Shown: positions 10,127-19,270 of the stretch, piece by piece
Position numbering within the stretch: the stretch's first letter is position 1
How the letters are laid out: each line of letters starts with the position of its first letter
DNA from: an uncultured delta proteobacterium
GTDB lineage: Bacteria; Desulfobacterota; WTBG01
Length of the DNA stretch: 64,000 nt
Direction: 5' to 3'
Assembly (NCBI GenBank): GCA_963793865.1
Contig: CAWCBP010000004.1
Coordinates: 288,001-352,000, forward strand
Notes under the pieces: generated by a model
Databases searched by the model: none
The model's input: the letters and a program-made list of their open reading frames with translations, nothing else
Told to the model about the DNA's origin: nothing
Translations under genes and position numbers: made by a program

Positions 10127-10699
10127 CTATTTATCTTTGAGTGCCGCTTTGATTTTAAGACCGAGCTGCCGTGCCTGTTCCATGATGTCGGGCTTTTCCC
10201 TGACATCGTCCATGCCCGCAATGGCCCCTACCTTGCCCACCACCTTTATCTCGCTGTAGGCAAGGAACTTCTCCATGACCTCCAATGTGTGTTCAATCCC
10301 GTGGCCTGCCACGGCCCCCACCACGGCGCCGGGCTTGCCTGCAAGGGGCTTCCTGCCGTGCATGGGATTGTCGGACTCCTTGCCGATCCCCATGTAGCCA
10401 AGCGCAATGCTTCTGTCCATCATGCTCTTCATCAATCCTGAAACTTCGCCGTAATAACAGGGGGAGCCGAGGACGATGGCTTCAGCGTCAAGGAGTTTCT
10501 TGTACAGGATGTTGGTCATCCCATCCTGCTGCCAGCAGTTGCCCTCGAACACGCAGCGCATGCACCCGGTGCAGTAGCCGGGGTTTATATCGATGAGCCA
10601 TATAAGCTCATTTTCAGCCCCTGTCGCTTTCAGTACCGCTTCAATGAGTGCGCCGGTATTTCCCTCTTTCCTTCCGCTTCCGCAGATGCCAAGTATCAT
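10127..10699 (-). CDS. Iron-sulfur flavoprotein / multimeric flavodoxin (Isf/WrbA-like)
   Basis: GSGRKEGNT; CTGCMRCVFEGNC (CxxCxxCx5C); GSPCYYGEVSG. Confidence 0.9.
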   Translation of the reverse strand: MILGICGSGRKEGNTGALIEAVLKATGAENELIWLIDINPGYCTGCMRCVFEGNCWQQDGMTNILYKKLLDAEAIVLGSPCYYGEVSGLMKSMMDRSIALGYMGIGKESDNPMHGRKPLAGKPGAVVGAVAGHGIEHTLEVMEKFLAYSEIKVVGKVGAIAGMDDVREKPDIMEQARQLGLKIKAALKDK

Positions 10700-10766
10700 G
10701 GTGTGATCCTTTCAAGAGCAGCTTGAAAATTGCATTTTGGAATTTTTCATTCTCCCTAAAAAAATA

Positions 10767-10853
10767 TGGTGCCGGCGGAGAGGATCGAACTCTCATGGGC
10801 GTGAGCCCGCGGGATTTTGAGTCCCGTGCGTCTACCAGTTTCACCACGCCGGC
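10767..10853 (-). tRNA. tRNA-Leu (CAA)
   Basis: GCCGGCGTGGTGAAACTGGTAGACGCACGGGACT-CAA-AATCCCG..GTTCGATCC..GCCGGCACCA; long variable arm; encoded CCA. Confidence 0.97.
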
Positions 10854-10889
10854 ACTGTGGAGGTGCAATGATAAATCAGTGTGCTCATA

Positions 10890-11063
10890 CCAAATATCCA
10901 AATTGAATGCATCAGAACCATCTACATGACCATCAAAATCCAAATGCCTCAAGAGAATTACGCGGCTGAAGCCGCTCCTACCGGTTTGTTGCAACTATGG
11001 TTCTCCTTGTCATTTGAACTTTGAACTTCATTTGTCATTTGGGCCTTGGCATTTGTCATTTCT
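10890..11063. repeat. Composite element: CAAAT-heptad arm + GTAG REP + inverted heptad arm
   Basis: ..CAAAATCCAAATG..CGCGGCTGAAGCCGCTCCTACCGG..GTCATTTGAACTTTGAACTTCATTTGTCATTTGGGCCTTGGCATTTGTCATTTC; homologous to the reverse complement of 13970-14142. Confidence 0.8.
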
Positions 11064-11070
11064 CTAATAA

Positions 11071-11516
11071 TTATTTTCTCTTTGATAAGAGAATGGACGA
11101 ATTGGGGCAGTATCAGCATCAATGGGTCAGTTCCTATAGCCTCCTGAGGAGCATAACCTTTTACAATTGCTCTCCACGGTACCGGAATCATGGTCTTCAA
11201 TATCATTCTAAGCCAATGTTTAGTCCGTAACCGCAAAACCTGGGTTCCTTGGCCATTACCTTTTTAATATGGCAATCGTCGTTATTTTGTCGCTGATAAA
11301 TCTTTTTTCGATCAAGGGTATTACGGCGCCATCAGCCTCCATATAATTGGCGCCTATGCTCGTGCCGGAACGAACCAGCTGCGAGATTAGCTCATTATTA
11401 ACGATACCCTTGGGCAAATGATTTAAACAAAATCGATTACCTGTTCTCCAAATGAGAGCAGTTCTTTCTTCAAGATCATAAACTTTTTTTTCATTTGGGC
11501 TTTGACATTGAGCCAT
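11071..11516 (-). pseudogene. Four-helix-bundle protein (23S rRNA IVP/TIGR02436-like) disrupted by many small insertions
   Basis: Reading across frames gives YDLEERTAL-FGEQVIDF..LPK..NNELISQLVRSGTSIGANYMEADGA..KKDF..AKE..TKHWLRMI..QEA..ELT..SSILLSKRK*. Confidence 0.75.
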
Positions 11517-11749
11517 TTGAAAAGCACTTCATAGGAGTATTAATAGTGGGCTTTGGAACCTGTCATTTCACTCTTTATCAGCAAAAGACCGCTTACCTAC
11601 TAATCTAATGTTATAAATATTCAAATGTCAAACATCCAAAGGTTCAAGAAAAAATAGCCCCCTTAATTTTTCCGTTTAGCGCTTTGAAATTTGTTATTCT
11701 GCAGCAGAATAACCTGCCACCGCACTACATAATCATTTCCCTACCTTGC

Positions 11750-11895
11750 GCCCAAATGCCCTTTTTTCATTTGAGCTTTGGTATTTGTCATTGCACATAT
11801 TTCGCGGCTAAAAGCCGCTCCTACCGGGTCGGTCGCTTTGTCCATTTGAACTTTGAAATTCATTTGGTATTTGGGCTTTGAAATTTGTCATTTCC
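11750..11895. repeat. Composite heptad arm + GTAG REP element
   Basis: TTCGCGGCTAAAAGCCGCTCCTACCGG flanked by CATTTGAGCTTTGGTATTTGTCATT and CATTTGAACTTTGAAATTCATTTGGTATTTGGGCTTTGAAATTTGTCATTTC. Confidence 0.8.
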
Positions 11896-11943
11896 TTAAT
11901 TAATGTAAAAACGCCGCTTCTGTCAACACAAAAGTAATCGCCC

Positions 11944-13945
11944 CTATCCCGCGCGGTACTGCAGCTCCATTTGCTCCAGCCTTTTGATCTCATCGCGGAG
12001 CTCGGCTGCCCGCTCGAACTCCAGCTCCCTCGCCGCCGCCTGCATCTGCTTCTGCAGCCTCTTGATCTTTTTAATAATATCATCCACCGAAGCATATTCC
12101 TCCACCTCCTCAGCCGCAAGGGAGACCGTGTAGTAGTCCGCTTCGTAGACGGAGCTCAGAACGTCCTGCACTGATTTCTTAATGCTCTCAGGGGTTATGT
12201 TGTGCTCACGGTTGAAGTTGTCCTGGATGATCCTGCGACGGTTTGTCTCATCAATGGCCCTCTTCATGGACTGGGTCAGGGTGTCCGCATACATGAGCAC
12301 CCTGCCTGAAAGGTTTCTGCGCTGCCCGCCCGCAGGTCTGGATAAGCGACCGCTCCGAGCGCAGGAAGCCCTCCTTATCCGCGTCCAGTATGGCAACCAG
12401 GGAAACCTCCGGGAGGTCCAATCCTTCCCTCAGGAGGTTGATGCCGATCAGCACATCAAAGGCGCCGAGCCTCAGGTCCCGTATGATCTGCACCCGCTCC
12501 AGGGTATCGATATCAGAGTGGAGGTACTTCACCTTGAGCCCCAGGTCAGCGTAGTACTCGGTCAGGTCCTCGGCCATGCGCTTGGTGAGGGTTGTCACCA
12601 GCGTTCGCTCCTGCCTCTCCACCTGCTTCTTCACCTCAGCCAGAAGGTCATCCACCTGGTTCGTTGCCGGCCTCACCTCAACCGCGGGATCAATCAGCCC
12701 CGTGGGCCTGATAATCTGCTCGACAACCTTTCCCTTACTCTTCTGCAGTTCATACGCGCCGGGTGTGGCGGAGACATACACCACCTGGTTTACTTTCCGT
12801 TCGAATTCCTCAAACGTAAGCGGCCTGTTGTCAACCGCCGATGGCAGGCGGAAGCCGTACTCAACCAGCGTTCCCTTGCGGGAGCGGTCTCCCCGGTACA
12901 TGCCGTTAAGCTGGGGGATGGTTATGTGGCTTTCGTCGATGAAGAGCAGGAAATCGGCGGGAAAGTAGTTCAGCAGCACCGCCGGCGGATCCCCGGGCTT
13001 CCGGCCATCCAGGTGGCGCGAGTAATTCTCTATGCCCGTGCAGTAGCCCATCTCTTCTATCATTTCCAGGTCGAACCGGGTCCGCTCCTTCAGCCGCTGC
13101 TCCTCGAGCAGCTTGTTCTGTGCGTGCAGCTCCACCAGCCGGGCCTTGAGCTCCAGGCGAATGGAGCGGACGGCCGCCTCGAGGCGCTCTTTGCCGGTCA
13201 CGTAATGGCTGTTGGGATAGATGGGTATCTTATTGAGCTTCCGCAGAACCTTTCCGCGCAGCGGATCGATCTCCGAGATGCCGTCCACGGTATCGCCGAA
13301 GAACTCAACCCGGATGGCCCTGTCCTCCTCATAGGCGGGAAAGATTTCCACCACGTCACCCCGCACCCGGAAGGTGCCCCGGCTGAAATCGTAATCATTG
13401 CGTTCGTACTGTATCTCCACCAGCCGCGAGAGCACCTCGTCCCGGGAAACCTCCGCCTGCCTCTGGAACAGAACCAGCATGTTCTTGTACTCCTCGGGAG
13501 ACCCCAGCCCGTAGATGCAGGAAACGCTGGCCACGATGATCACGTCCCTCCGCTCAAACAGCGAGTGGGTGGCGGCGTGCCGCATCTTGTCGATGGTGTC
13601 GTTTATGGAGGCGTCCTTGGCGATGTAGGTGTCGGTCGTGGGCAGGTATGCTTCAGGCTGGTAATAATCGTAATAGCTGACAAAAAACTCGACCGCGTTT
13701 TCGGGAAAGAGCTCCTTGAACTCCCCGTAGAGCTGCGCGGCCAGGGTCTTGTTGGGGGCAATGACCAGTGTCGGCTTCTGCACCTGTTCCACCACCTTGG
13801 CCATGGTGAAAGTCTTTCCTGAGCCGGTCACGCCCAGGAGCACCTGGTGCCTGTCCCCCTGCTCGATGCCCCTGCTCAATTTTTCTATGGCCTGCGGTTG
13901 ATCACCCTGGGGGGTAAAGGAGGAAACGATGGTAAAAGGAGGCAT
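11944..13945 (-). CDS. uvrB: Excinuclease ABC subunit B, frameshift near 12320
   Basis: [51 protein letters not shown]-terminal UVR domain ([11 protein letters not shown]) in the second frame. Confidence 0.97.
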
Positions 13946-13969
13946 TGAGGCGACCTGAAAAATAAGGGA

Positions 13970-14142
13970 AGAAATGACAAATGTCTCAAAGCTCAAACGA
14001 CAAATGAAGTTCAAAGTTCAAGTGACAAAGAAAACCGTGGTTGCGCCGAACCGGTAGGAGCGGCTTTTAGCCGCGAAATATCTCCTGAGTCATTTGGATT
14101 TTGACATTCATTTGAACTTTGGATTTGGTCATTTGGCATTTT
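13970..14142. repeat. Composite heptad arm + GTAG REP + inverted arm element
   Basis: GAAATGACAAATG..CAAATGAAGTTCAAAGTTCAAGTGAC..GTAGGAGCGGCTTTTAGCCGCGAA..GTCATTTGGATTTTGACATTCATTTGAACTTTGGATTTGGTCATTTGGCATTT. Confidence 0.85.
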
Positions 14143-15619
14143 CAAAATTCAGTTTTTTCCTACCTTCCATGTCGTTCCCTGTGGCGCTGTCCTCAAGGAT
14201 GATGCCCTTGCTTAAGAGCTCATCCCGGATCTCGTCGGCCCTTTTCCAATTCTTCTGGGCACGGGCGGCCTTTCGCTCCTCGATGTAGTTGAGTATCTGC
14301 TCCTCGCTCAAGGCAACATCCTTCATACCCTCATCCTGCTTCTGCCTGAAATATTCAGCCGGGTCTGTGGTCAGGATACCGAGAACGGCCCCCAGCCTCG
14401 TGAAGGCTGCAAGGCCCTCTTCCAGAAGTGCGGGTGGAAAACCCGCGGCAGCATCCTGTTTGGCCTCCGCGAACAACCGGTTGAGGTCACGGGTCGCGCG
14501 CTGAAGCACTCCCAGGGCGGCTGCGCTATTAAAATCATCGTCCATGGCCTTCTCGAACTGCTCCGGCAGCGATCGTACAATCTCCTCCATTTCTTTCGTG
14601 CCCGCGGCAGGCGATCCTTTAATCTCGCCTTTCATTTCCTTTAAATCCTTGAGCAGCGCGTACAGGCGGTCCAGGGCCTGCTGGGCTTCGCGCAGGCTCT
14701 GCTCGGAAAAATCCACCGGACTGCGATAATGATTGGAGAGCAGAAACAGCCTCACCGCTTCGGGATGGCAGTAGCCCAGGATCTCCCGGATGGTGGAAAA
14801 ATTCTTGAGAGACTTGGACATCTTCTCCTGGTTTATGGTGACAAACCCGTTGTGAATCCAGTAGCGGACAAACGGCTTTCCCGTGGCGCCCTCCGCCTGG
14901 GCAATCTCATTCTCGTGGTGGGGAAAAATCAGGTCAGCCCCTCCCCCGTGGATGTCAAAGGTTTCTCCCAGAAAATGCTGGCCCATGGCGGAGCACTCGA
15001 TGTGCCAGCCGGGCCTCCCCTTGCCCCAGGGGCAATCCCACGCCGGCTCGCCGGGTTTGCTTGCCTTCCACAGGGCAAAATCCAGGGGATCCTTCTTCCG
15101 GTCATCAACCTCCACCCGGGCGCCCGCCTGCAGCTGCTCAGTGTTCTTCCCCGACAGCTTTCCGTACGGCCCGAACTTTGAAACCGCGTAGTACACGTCG
15201 CCTTCCACTTCGTAGCCGTACCCGTTTTCAACCAGCCGCTCTATCAGCCGGATCATCCCCGTGATGTGCTCCGTCGCGCGCGGCGTGTGTGAAGGAGTCT
15301 CGACATTCAGCGCCGCCATGTCCCGGTCATACTCGGCAATGTAGCGCTCGGCAATCTCCCTGGCGCTCACCCCTTCCTGATTGGCCTTGTTGATTATTTT
15401 GTCATCGACATCGGTATAATTTCTCACGTAGGTTACATCGTATCCCTTGAATTTCAAGTACCGGTAGATAATGTCAAAAACGATGGCCGCCCGTGCGTGC
15501 CCGATATGGGAAAGGTCATACACGGTCACCCCGCAGACATACATTCCCACCTTGCCCTCTCTGAGCGGCTGAAAGGGTTCCTTTTTGCCGGTCATGGTGT
15601 TGTAAATGGTAAGTGCCAT
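14129..15619 (-). CDS. cysS: Cysteine--tRNA ligase (probable 1-nt indel near the C-terminus; true end may be ..GTTWKVGKN* at 14149)
   Basis: MYVCGVTVYDLSHIGHAR (HIGH), GRPGWHIECSAM, FPHHENEIAQ, KMSKS. Confidence 0.98.
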   Translation of the reverse strand: MALTIYNTMTGKKEPFQPLREGKVGMYVCGVTVYDLSHIGHARAAIVFDIIYRYLKFKGYDVTYVRNYTDVDDKIINKANQEGVSAREIAERYIAEYDRDMAALNVETPSHTPRATEHITGMIRLIERLVENGYGYEVEGDVYYAVSKFGPYGKLSGKNTEQLQAGARVEVDDRKKDPLDFALWKASKPGEPAWDCPWGKGRPGWHIECSAMGQHFLGETFDIHGGGADLIFPHHENEIAQAEGATGKPFVRYWIHNGFVTINQEKMSKSLKNFSTIREILGYCHPEAVRLFLLSNHYRSPVDFSEQSLREAQQALDRLYALLKDLKEMKGEIKGSPAAGTKEMEEIVRSLPEQFEKAMDDDFNSAAALGVLQRATRDLNRLFAEAKQDAAAGFPPALLEEGLAAFTRLGAVLGILTTDPAEYFRQKQDEGMKDVALSEEQILNYIEERKAARAQKNWKRADEIRDELLSKGIILEDSATGNDMEGRKKLNFENAK

Positions 15620-15658
15620 CAGCAAATCCTCGTGGTGATGATTAGTGTAAAATTTCCC

Positions 15659-15860
15659 CGTCATTTGAAATTTGAACTTCGATTGGGCATTTGTCATGCC
15701 AAGGTGCCGTAATGTCAAATGTCAAAACCCAAAGTTCAAATCAATGACAAAATCAAAATGTCTAAATGGCTCTTTTTTAACTTTGAACTTCATTTGGCAT
15801 TTGGACTTTGAAATTTGTCATTATCCTCACTGAAACACCAAATGACAAAATCCAAATTTT
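15659..15860. repeat. Heptad-periodic inverted repeat arms without a central REP
   Basis: AATGTCAAATGTCAAAACCCAAAGTTCAAATCAATGACAAAATCAAAATG ... AACTTTGAACTTCATTTGGCATTTGGACTTTGAAATTTGTCATT. Confidence 0.8.
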
Positions 15861-15885
15861 TCCCTCGAAATGACACAAAGCAGGA

Positions 15886-16380
15886 TTATGACACAGCCTC
15901 CGGGGCCGCCTTCATCAGAACCACCGCGTGCGCGGAGATGCCCTCTCCCCGCCCGATGGGCCCCAGACCCTCGGCGGTGGTGGCCTTAATGCTGACCCGG
16001 TCTGATGGGATGCCGGAAACGTGCGCTATATTTTCGCGCATCTTCCCGGTGTATGCCGCGACTTTCGGCCGCTCCGCAACCAGTGAAACATCGATATTGC
16101 CGACCGCATAACCCTTTTCCTTTGCCAGCTTTACAACCCCCCTTAAAAGCTCCAGGCTGGCAATGTCCTTAAAGCGGCTGTCGGTATCAGGAAAGTGCAC
16201 GCCGATATCACCCAATGCCAGGGCGCCGAGGATCGCGTCGCATACCGCGTGCAGCAGCACATCAGCATCCGAGTGCCCGTACAGCCCCCGCTCGAACGGC
16301 ACATGTACACCGCCCAGCATGAGCTTTCTGCCCTCAACCAGCCGGTGAACATCGTAGCCATAACCAATTCGCACGGACAT
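15886..16380 (-). CDS. ispF: 2-C-methyl-D-erythritol 2,4-cyclodiphosphate synthase
   Basis: RIGYGYDVHRL, GHSDADVLLHA, DIGVHFPDTD, KATTAEGLG. Confidence 0.98.
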   Translation of the reverse strand: MSVRIGYGYDVHRLVEGRKLMLGGVHVPFERGLYGHSDADVLLHAVCDAILGALALGDIGVHFPDTDSRFKDIASLELLRGVVKLAKEKGYAVGNIDVSLVAERPKVAAYTGKMRENIAHVSGIPSDRVSIKATTAEGLGPIGRGEGISAHAVVLMKAAPEAVS

Positions 16381-16384
16381 TTTT

Positions 16385-16474
16385 CTTCGTGCTCTCCGTA
16401 GTTAGTATTATTGTTTCGTGTGCTTCGTGGTTGCGTTTGAGGGGTCAGGGTACAGGGAACAGGGTGTAGGGCTA
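16385..16474. repeat. Short periodic repeats: CTTCGTG motifs and 5x AGGGNNN heptads
   Basis: TTTCGTGTGCTTCGTGGT; AGGGGTC AGGGTAC AGGGAAC AGGGTGT AGGGCTA at 16440-16474. Confidence 0.6.
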
Positions 16475-17191
16475 AAGACCGACTCCTGCATCATTCGTCT
16501 TCTGCGACCTTCTCCTCAATATCATCTCCCCCACAGCCAGGTCTTCCGGGGTGGTAATTTTGATGTTTTCGTAAGAGCCTTCAACCACCTTGACCGGCAG
16601 GCCCAGCCGCTCCACCAGAGAGGCCTCATCAGTGGCATAAAAACCATCCTCCATGGCCTGGCGGTACGCCCTGCGCAAAACGTCACGCTTGAACGTCTGC
16701 GGAGTCTGTACCAGGAAGACGCTCTTTCTGTCCGGTGTCTTCAGCACCATATGTTGATCGGAAACCAGCTTGACCGTGTCCTTGGCCGGCACTGCGGCAA
16801 TGCTCGCGCCGCAGTCAATCGCCCCCTCGATGGAGCGCGCCAGCATCTCCTGCGAAATAAAAGGCCGCACACCGTCATGCACCATCACCAGGTCGCAATC
16901 ATCCTGAACCGTCCTGAGCCCCTCCCACACCGAGTCCTGGCGCTGCACGCCGCCCGCGAGTACGGCGCCCACTTTTTGGAGCCTGAACGCCTCAACCACG
17001 GATGCCCGCGCGCGCTCAATTTCACCGCTCTCCACTATGAGCACTACCTCATGAATCAGCGGGCAGCGCTCAAGCTCCAGGAGGGTATGAGCGAGAATGG
17101 GCTTTCCCTGCAGCAGAAGATAGGGCTTGCTGTGGGCACCGCCCATTCTTTTCCCCTGCCCGGCGGCAGGGATGAGGGCAACGCATTTCAT
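16472..17191 (-). CDS. ispD: 2-C-methyl-D-erythritol 4-phosphate cytidylyltransferase
   Basis: IPAAGQGKRMG, GGVQRQDSV, VHDGVRP, VQTPQTF, NIKITTPEDL. Confidence 0.98.
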   Translation of the reverse strand: MKCVALIPAAGQGKRMGGAHSKPYLLLQGKPILAHTLLELERCPLIHEVVLIVESGEIERARASVVEAFRLQKVGAVLAGGVQRQDSVWEGLRTVQDDCDLVMVHDGVRPFISQEMLARSIEGAIDCGASIAAVPAKDTVKLVSDQHMVLKTPDRKSVFLVQTPQTFKRDVLRRAYRQAMEDGFYATDEASLVERLGLPVKVVEGSYENIKITTPEDLAVGEMILRRRSQKTNDAGVGL

Positions 17192-17197
17192 CCGCGT

Positions 17198-18229
17198 TTA
17201 CCTGTCAGAGTTGGAGGAATTTTCAGCCGATTTCCTGCTCTTGAGCTCGGTAAAAATCATTCTTCCCGCCGTCGTTTGCAGGACGCTGGTAACGGTAACA
17301 TCGGCATTTCTGCCCATAAACCTTCTTCCGTTTTCCACCACCACCATGGTGCCGTCGTCAAGGTAGGCCACACCCTGGCCCTGCTCCTTCCCTTCCCGCT
17401 GAATGAAAACATTCATCTGCTCACCGGGGAGCACAACCGGACGCAGGGCCGTGGCCAGCTGATTGACATTGAGCACCGGGACGCCCTGCAGCTCCGCCAC
17501 CTTGTTGAGGTTAAAATCGTTGGTAATAATCTTCCCTTCCATCTTTTTGGCCAGGGCGACCAGCTTGGCATCAACCTCTTTTATCTTGGGAAAGTCCTGG
17601 TCGATAATCTTGACCTCAACATCCACCTGCTTCTGAATCTTGTTCAGGATATCCAGGCCCCGCTTTCCCCTGACCCGTCTCATCGAGTCCGAGGAATCTG
17701 CAATGTAGAGCAGCTCCTGCAGCACAAACTGGGGAATGATTAATGTGCCTTCAACAAAGCCGGTTTCAAAAATGTCCGCTATTCTCCCGTCGATGATGGC
17801 GCTCGTATCCATGACCTTGATGTTCTGGTTCCCGGCCGCGCCACGCAAGCCGCCGGACCTGGTTTTCACCAGCTCATCCGCCTTGCCGACGCCAATGGCC
17901 AGGCCCAGAAAACCGAGCAGGACATTGAGCATGAGGTAGATGGTGAAGCTGATGAGCGCGTTTCCCGGATAGTGAAAAAGAAGTGCAAAGGAAGAAAGAT
18001 TGGCCAGTACCAGGCCCGTGGCAAAACCTGCAACACCTCCTGCAACTACCCTCAAGGGGGTCTTTTTGACCTTATGCTCAATGAGCATTGCGACAGCCGC
18101 CAGGGCGATTCCCGCCAGTCCTCCCAGCAGGGCAAAATTTGTTGTCTTGAACAGCCCCCGGAAGAGAAAAGCACCGACCGCGGCAGCACAAAAAGCCAGC
18201 ACGCATCTGAAAACTATCATTGTGTTCAC
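17198..18229 (-). CDS. yacL: PIN/TRAM domain membrane protein (YacL family)
   Basis: N-terminal TMs; DTSAIIDGRI, RGKRGLDIL, TNDFNLNKVA, GVAYLDDGTMVVVE, LQTTAGRMIF. Confidence 0.92.
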   Translation of the reverse strand: MNTMIVFRCVLAFCAAAVGAFLFRGLFKTTNFALLGGLAGIALAAVAMLIEHKVKKTPLRVVAGGVAGFATGLVLANLSSFALLFHYPGNALISFTIYLMLNVLLGFLGLAIGVGKADELVKTRSGGLRGAAGNQNIKVMDTSAIIDGRIADIFETGFVEGTLIIPQFVLQELLYIADSSDSMRRVRGKRGLDILNKIQKQVDVEVKIIDQDFPKIKEVDAKLVALAKKMEGKIITNDFNLNKVAELQGVPVLNVNQLATALRPVVLPGEQMNVFIQREGKEQGQGVAYLDDGTMVVVENGRRFMGRNADVTVTSVLQTTAGRMIFTELKSRKSAENSSNSDR

Positions 18230-18447
18230 CTCCTTTCATCAGTGACGTAATACCTATAAAAGCACAGCTTCAAGGTGTGGCGCATTGCCACACCCGTCGT
18301 AAAAAGCATCTCCACCTGCATAACCGCGCTATATGATGTAATCCGTGGGAAAAAGATTCGTCGTTCGAGGGGAGTAAAATCATTTTTTTGAAGAGCTGCA
18401 CGTGTGAGAGGAAAGCAGAAATTTCAGGTCAGGCGAGGGGTAAGGCT

Positions 18448-18930
18448 TCAGTAGTCGAAAATTCTTTTCAGCTCTTTTTCAATGGTCTTCTCAGAGCTGT
18501 TCTTCACGATGGAAAGCTCTTTAATCAGCAGGTTTCTTGCCGTATCCAGCATCCTCCGCTCGCCGAACGAAAGGTCTTTATCCAGCCTCAGCAGGAACAG
18601 ATCACGCAGCACACCCGCAACTTCAAAGATGGAACCGGTTTTAATTTTATCAACGTATTCACGGTATCTTCTGTTCCAGGTCTGGGAATCAATCTCTATG
18701 TCTTTCTTCTTTAAAATCTTATAAACCTTGGACACCTGGTTCTCGGCAATCACTTCCCTGAGCCCCACGGAATCGGCATTCTTGGTAGGAATCATTATGG
18801 TCATGCCGTTGCCCAGTACCCTGAGAACATAAAACGTGTGCTTATCGCCTGAAATCTCTTTACTTTCTATGGACTCTATGACGCCCACACCGTGCGTTGG
18901 ATAAACCGCCATATCTCCCACTTTGAACAC
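18448..18930 (-). CDS. carD: CarD/CdnL family RNA polymerase-binding regulator
   Basis: FKVGDMAVYPTHGVG, TWNRRYREY..KIKTG, LSFGERRML. Confidence 0.95.
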   Translation of the reverse strand: MFKVGDMAVYPTHGVGVIESIESKEISGDKHTFYVLRVLGNGMTIMIPTKNADSVGLREVIAENQVSKVYKILKKKDIEIDSQTWNRRYREYVDKIKTGSIFEVAGVLRDLFLLRLDKDLSFGERRMLDTARNLLIKELSIVKNSSEKTIEKELKRIFDY

Positions 18931-19200
18931 GCCGATTTACCTCCTCCGGTTGTTATATCAAAGATTCAATCAAACCACACCGATAATGAATTATACACGT
19001 ATTGAGCGTTTTAAGCAACCAAAATTATTTTATTTATTATTCAATTGCAGACTCAAAGTGGGGGTTTACATGGATGAGGCCACCCTTAAAATAAAAGTCA
19101 TTATAAATCAATTGGTAATAACCCATAGCGGCTCTGCGCCGTATGAAAATACAACGGATTGCCGCTGGAGTTCACCCCTGGGTTAACAGGGTAAATGAAA

Positions 19201-19225
19201 GAAAAACCGCTCTGAGAGCGGTTTC
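19201..19225 (-). terminator. Terminator-like hairpin after nuoN
   Basis: AAAAACCGCTC-TGA-GAGCGGTTT; T tract on the minus strand. Confidence 0.55.
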
Positions 19226-19270
19226 ATGAGGCAGAACCATGCACCTTGATAAAAAACTCTTATTAATCAA

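Noticed and set aside
10767..10853. tRNA-Leu or tRNA-Pro as an integration site of a prophage or island
   Set aside because: No integrase or phage genes, and I found no duplicated tRNA 3' end in the window.
11071..11516. Diversity-generating retroelement (Avd-like accessory gene)
   Set aside because: No reverse transcriptase and no TR/VR pair differing at adenines was seen in the window.
12182..13822. Long opposite-strand ORFs such as 12182-13822, 16418-17743, 19796-20884, 21277-22524 and 41001-42335
   Set aside because: They overlap well-supported genes (uvrB, ispD/yacL, nuoN, nuoM, nfnB) on the other strand, as expected in GC-rich coding DNA.
10890..15860. CRISPR array
   Set aside because: The repeats are degenerate 7-bp periodic inverted arms, not identical direct repeats with unique spacers, and no cas genes are present.
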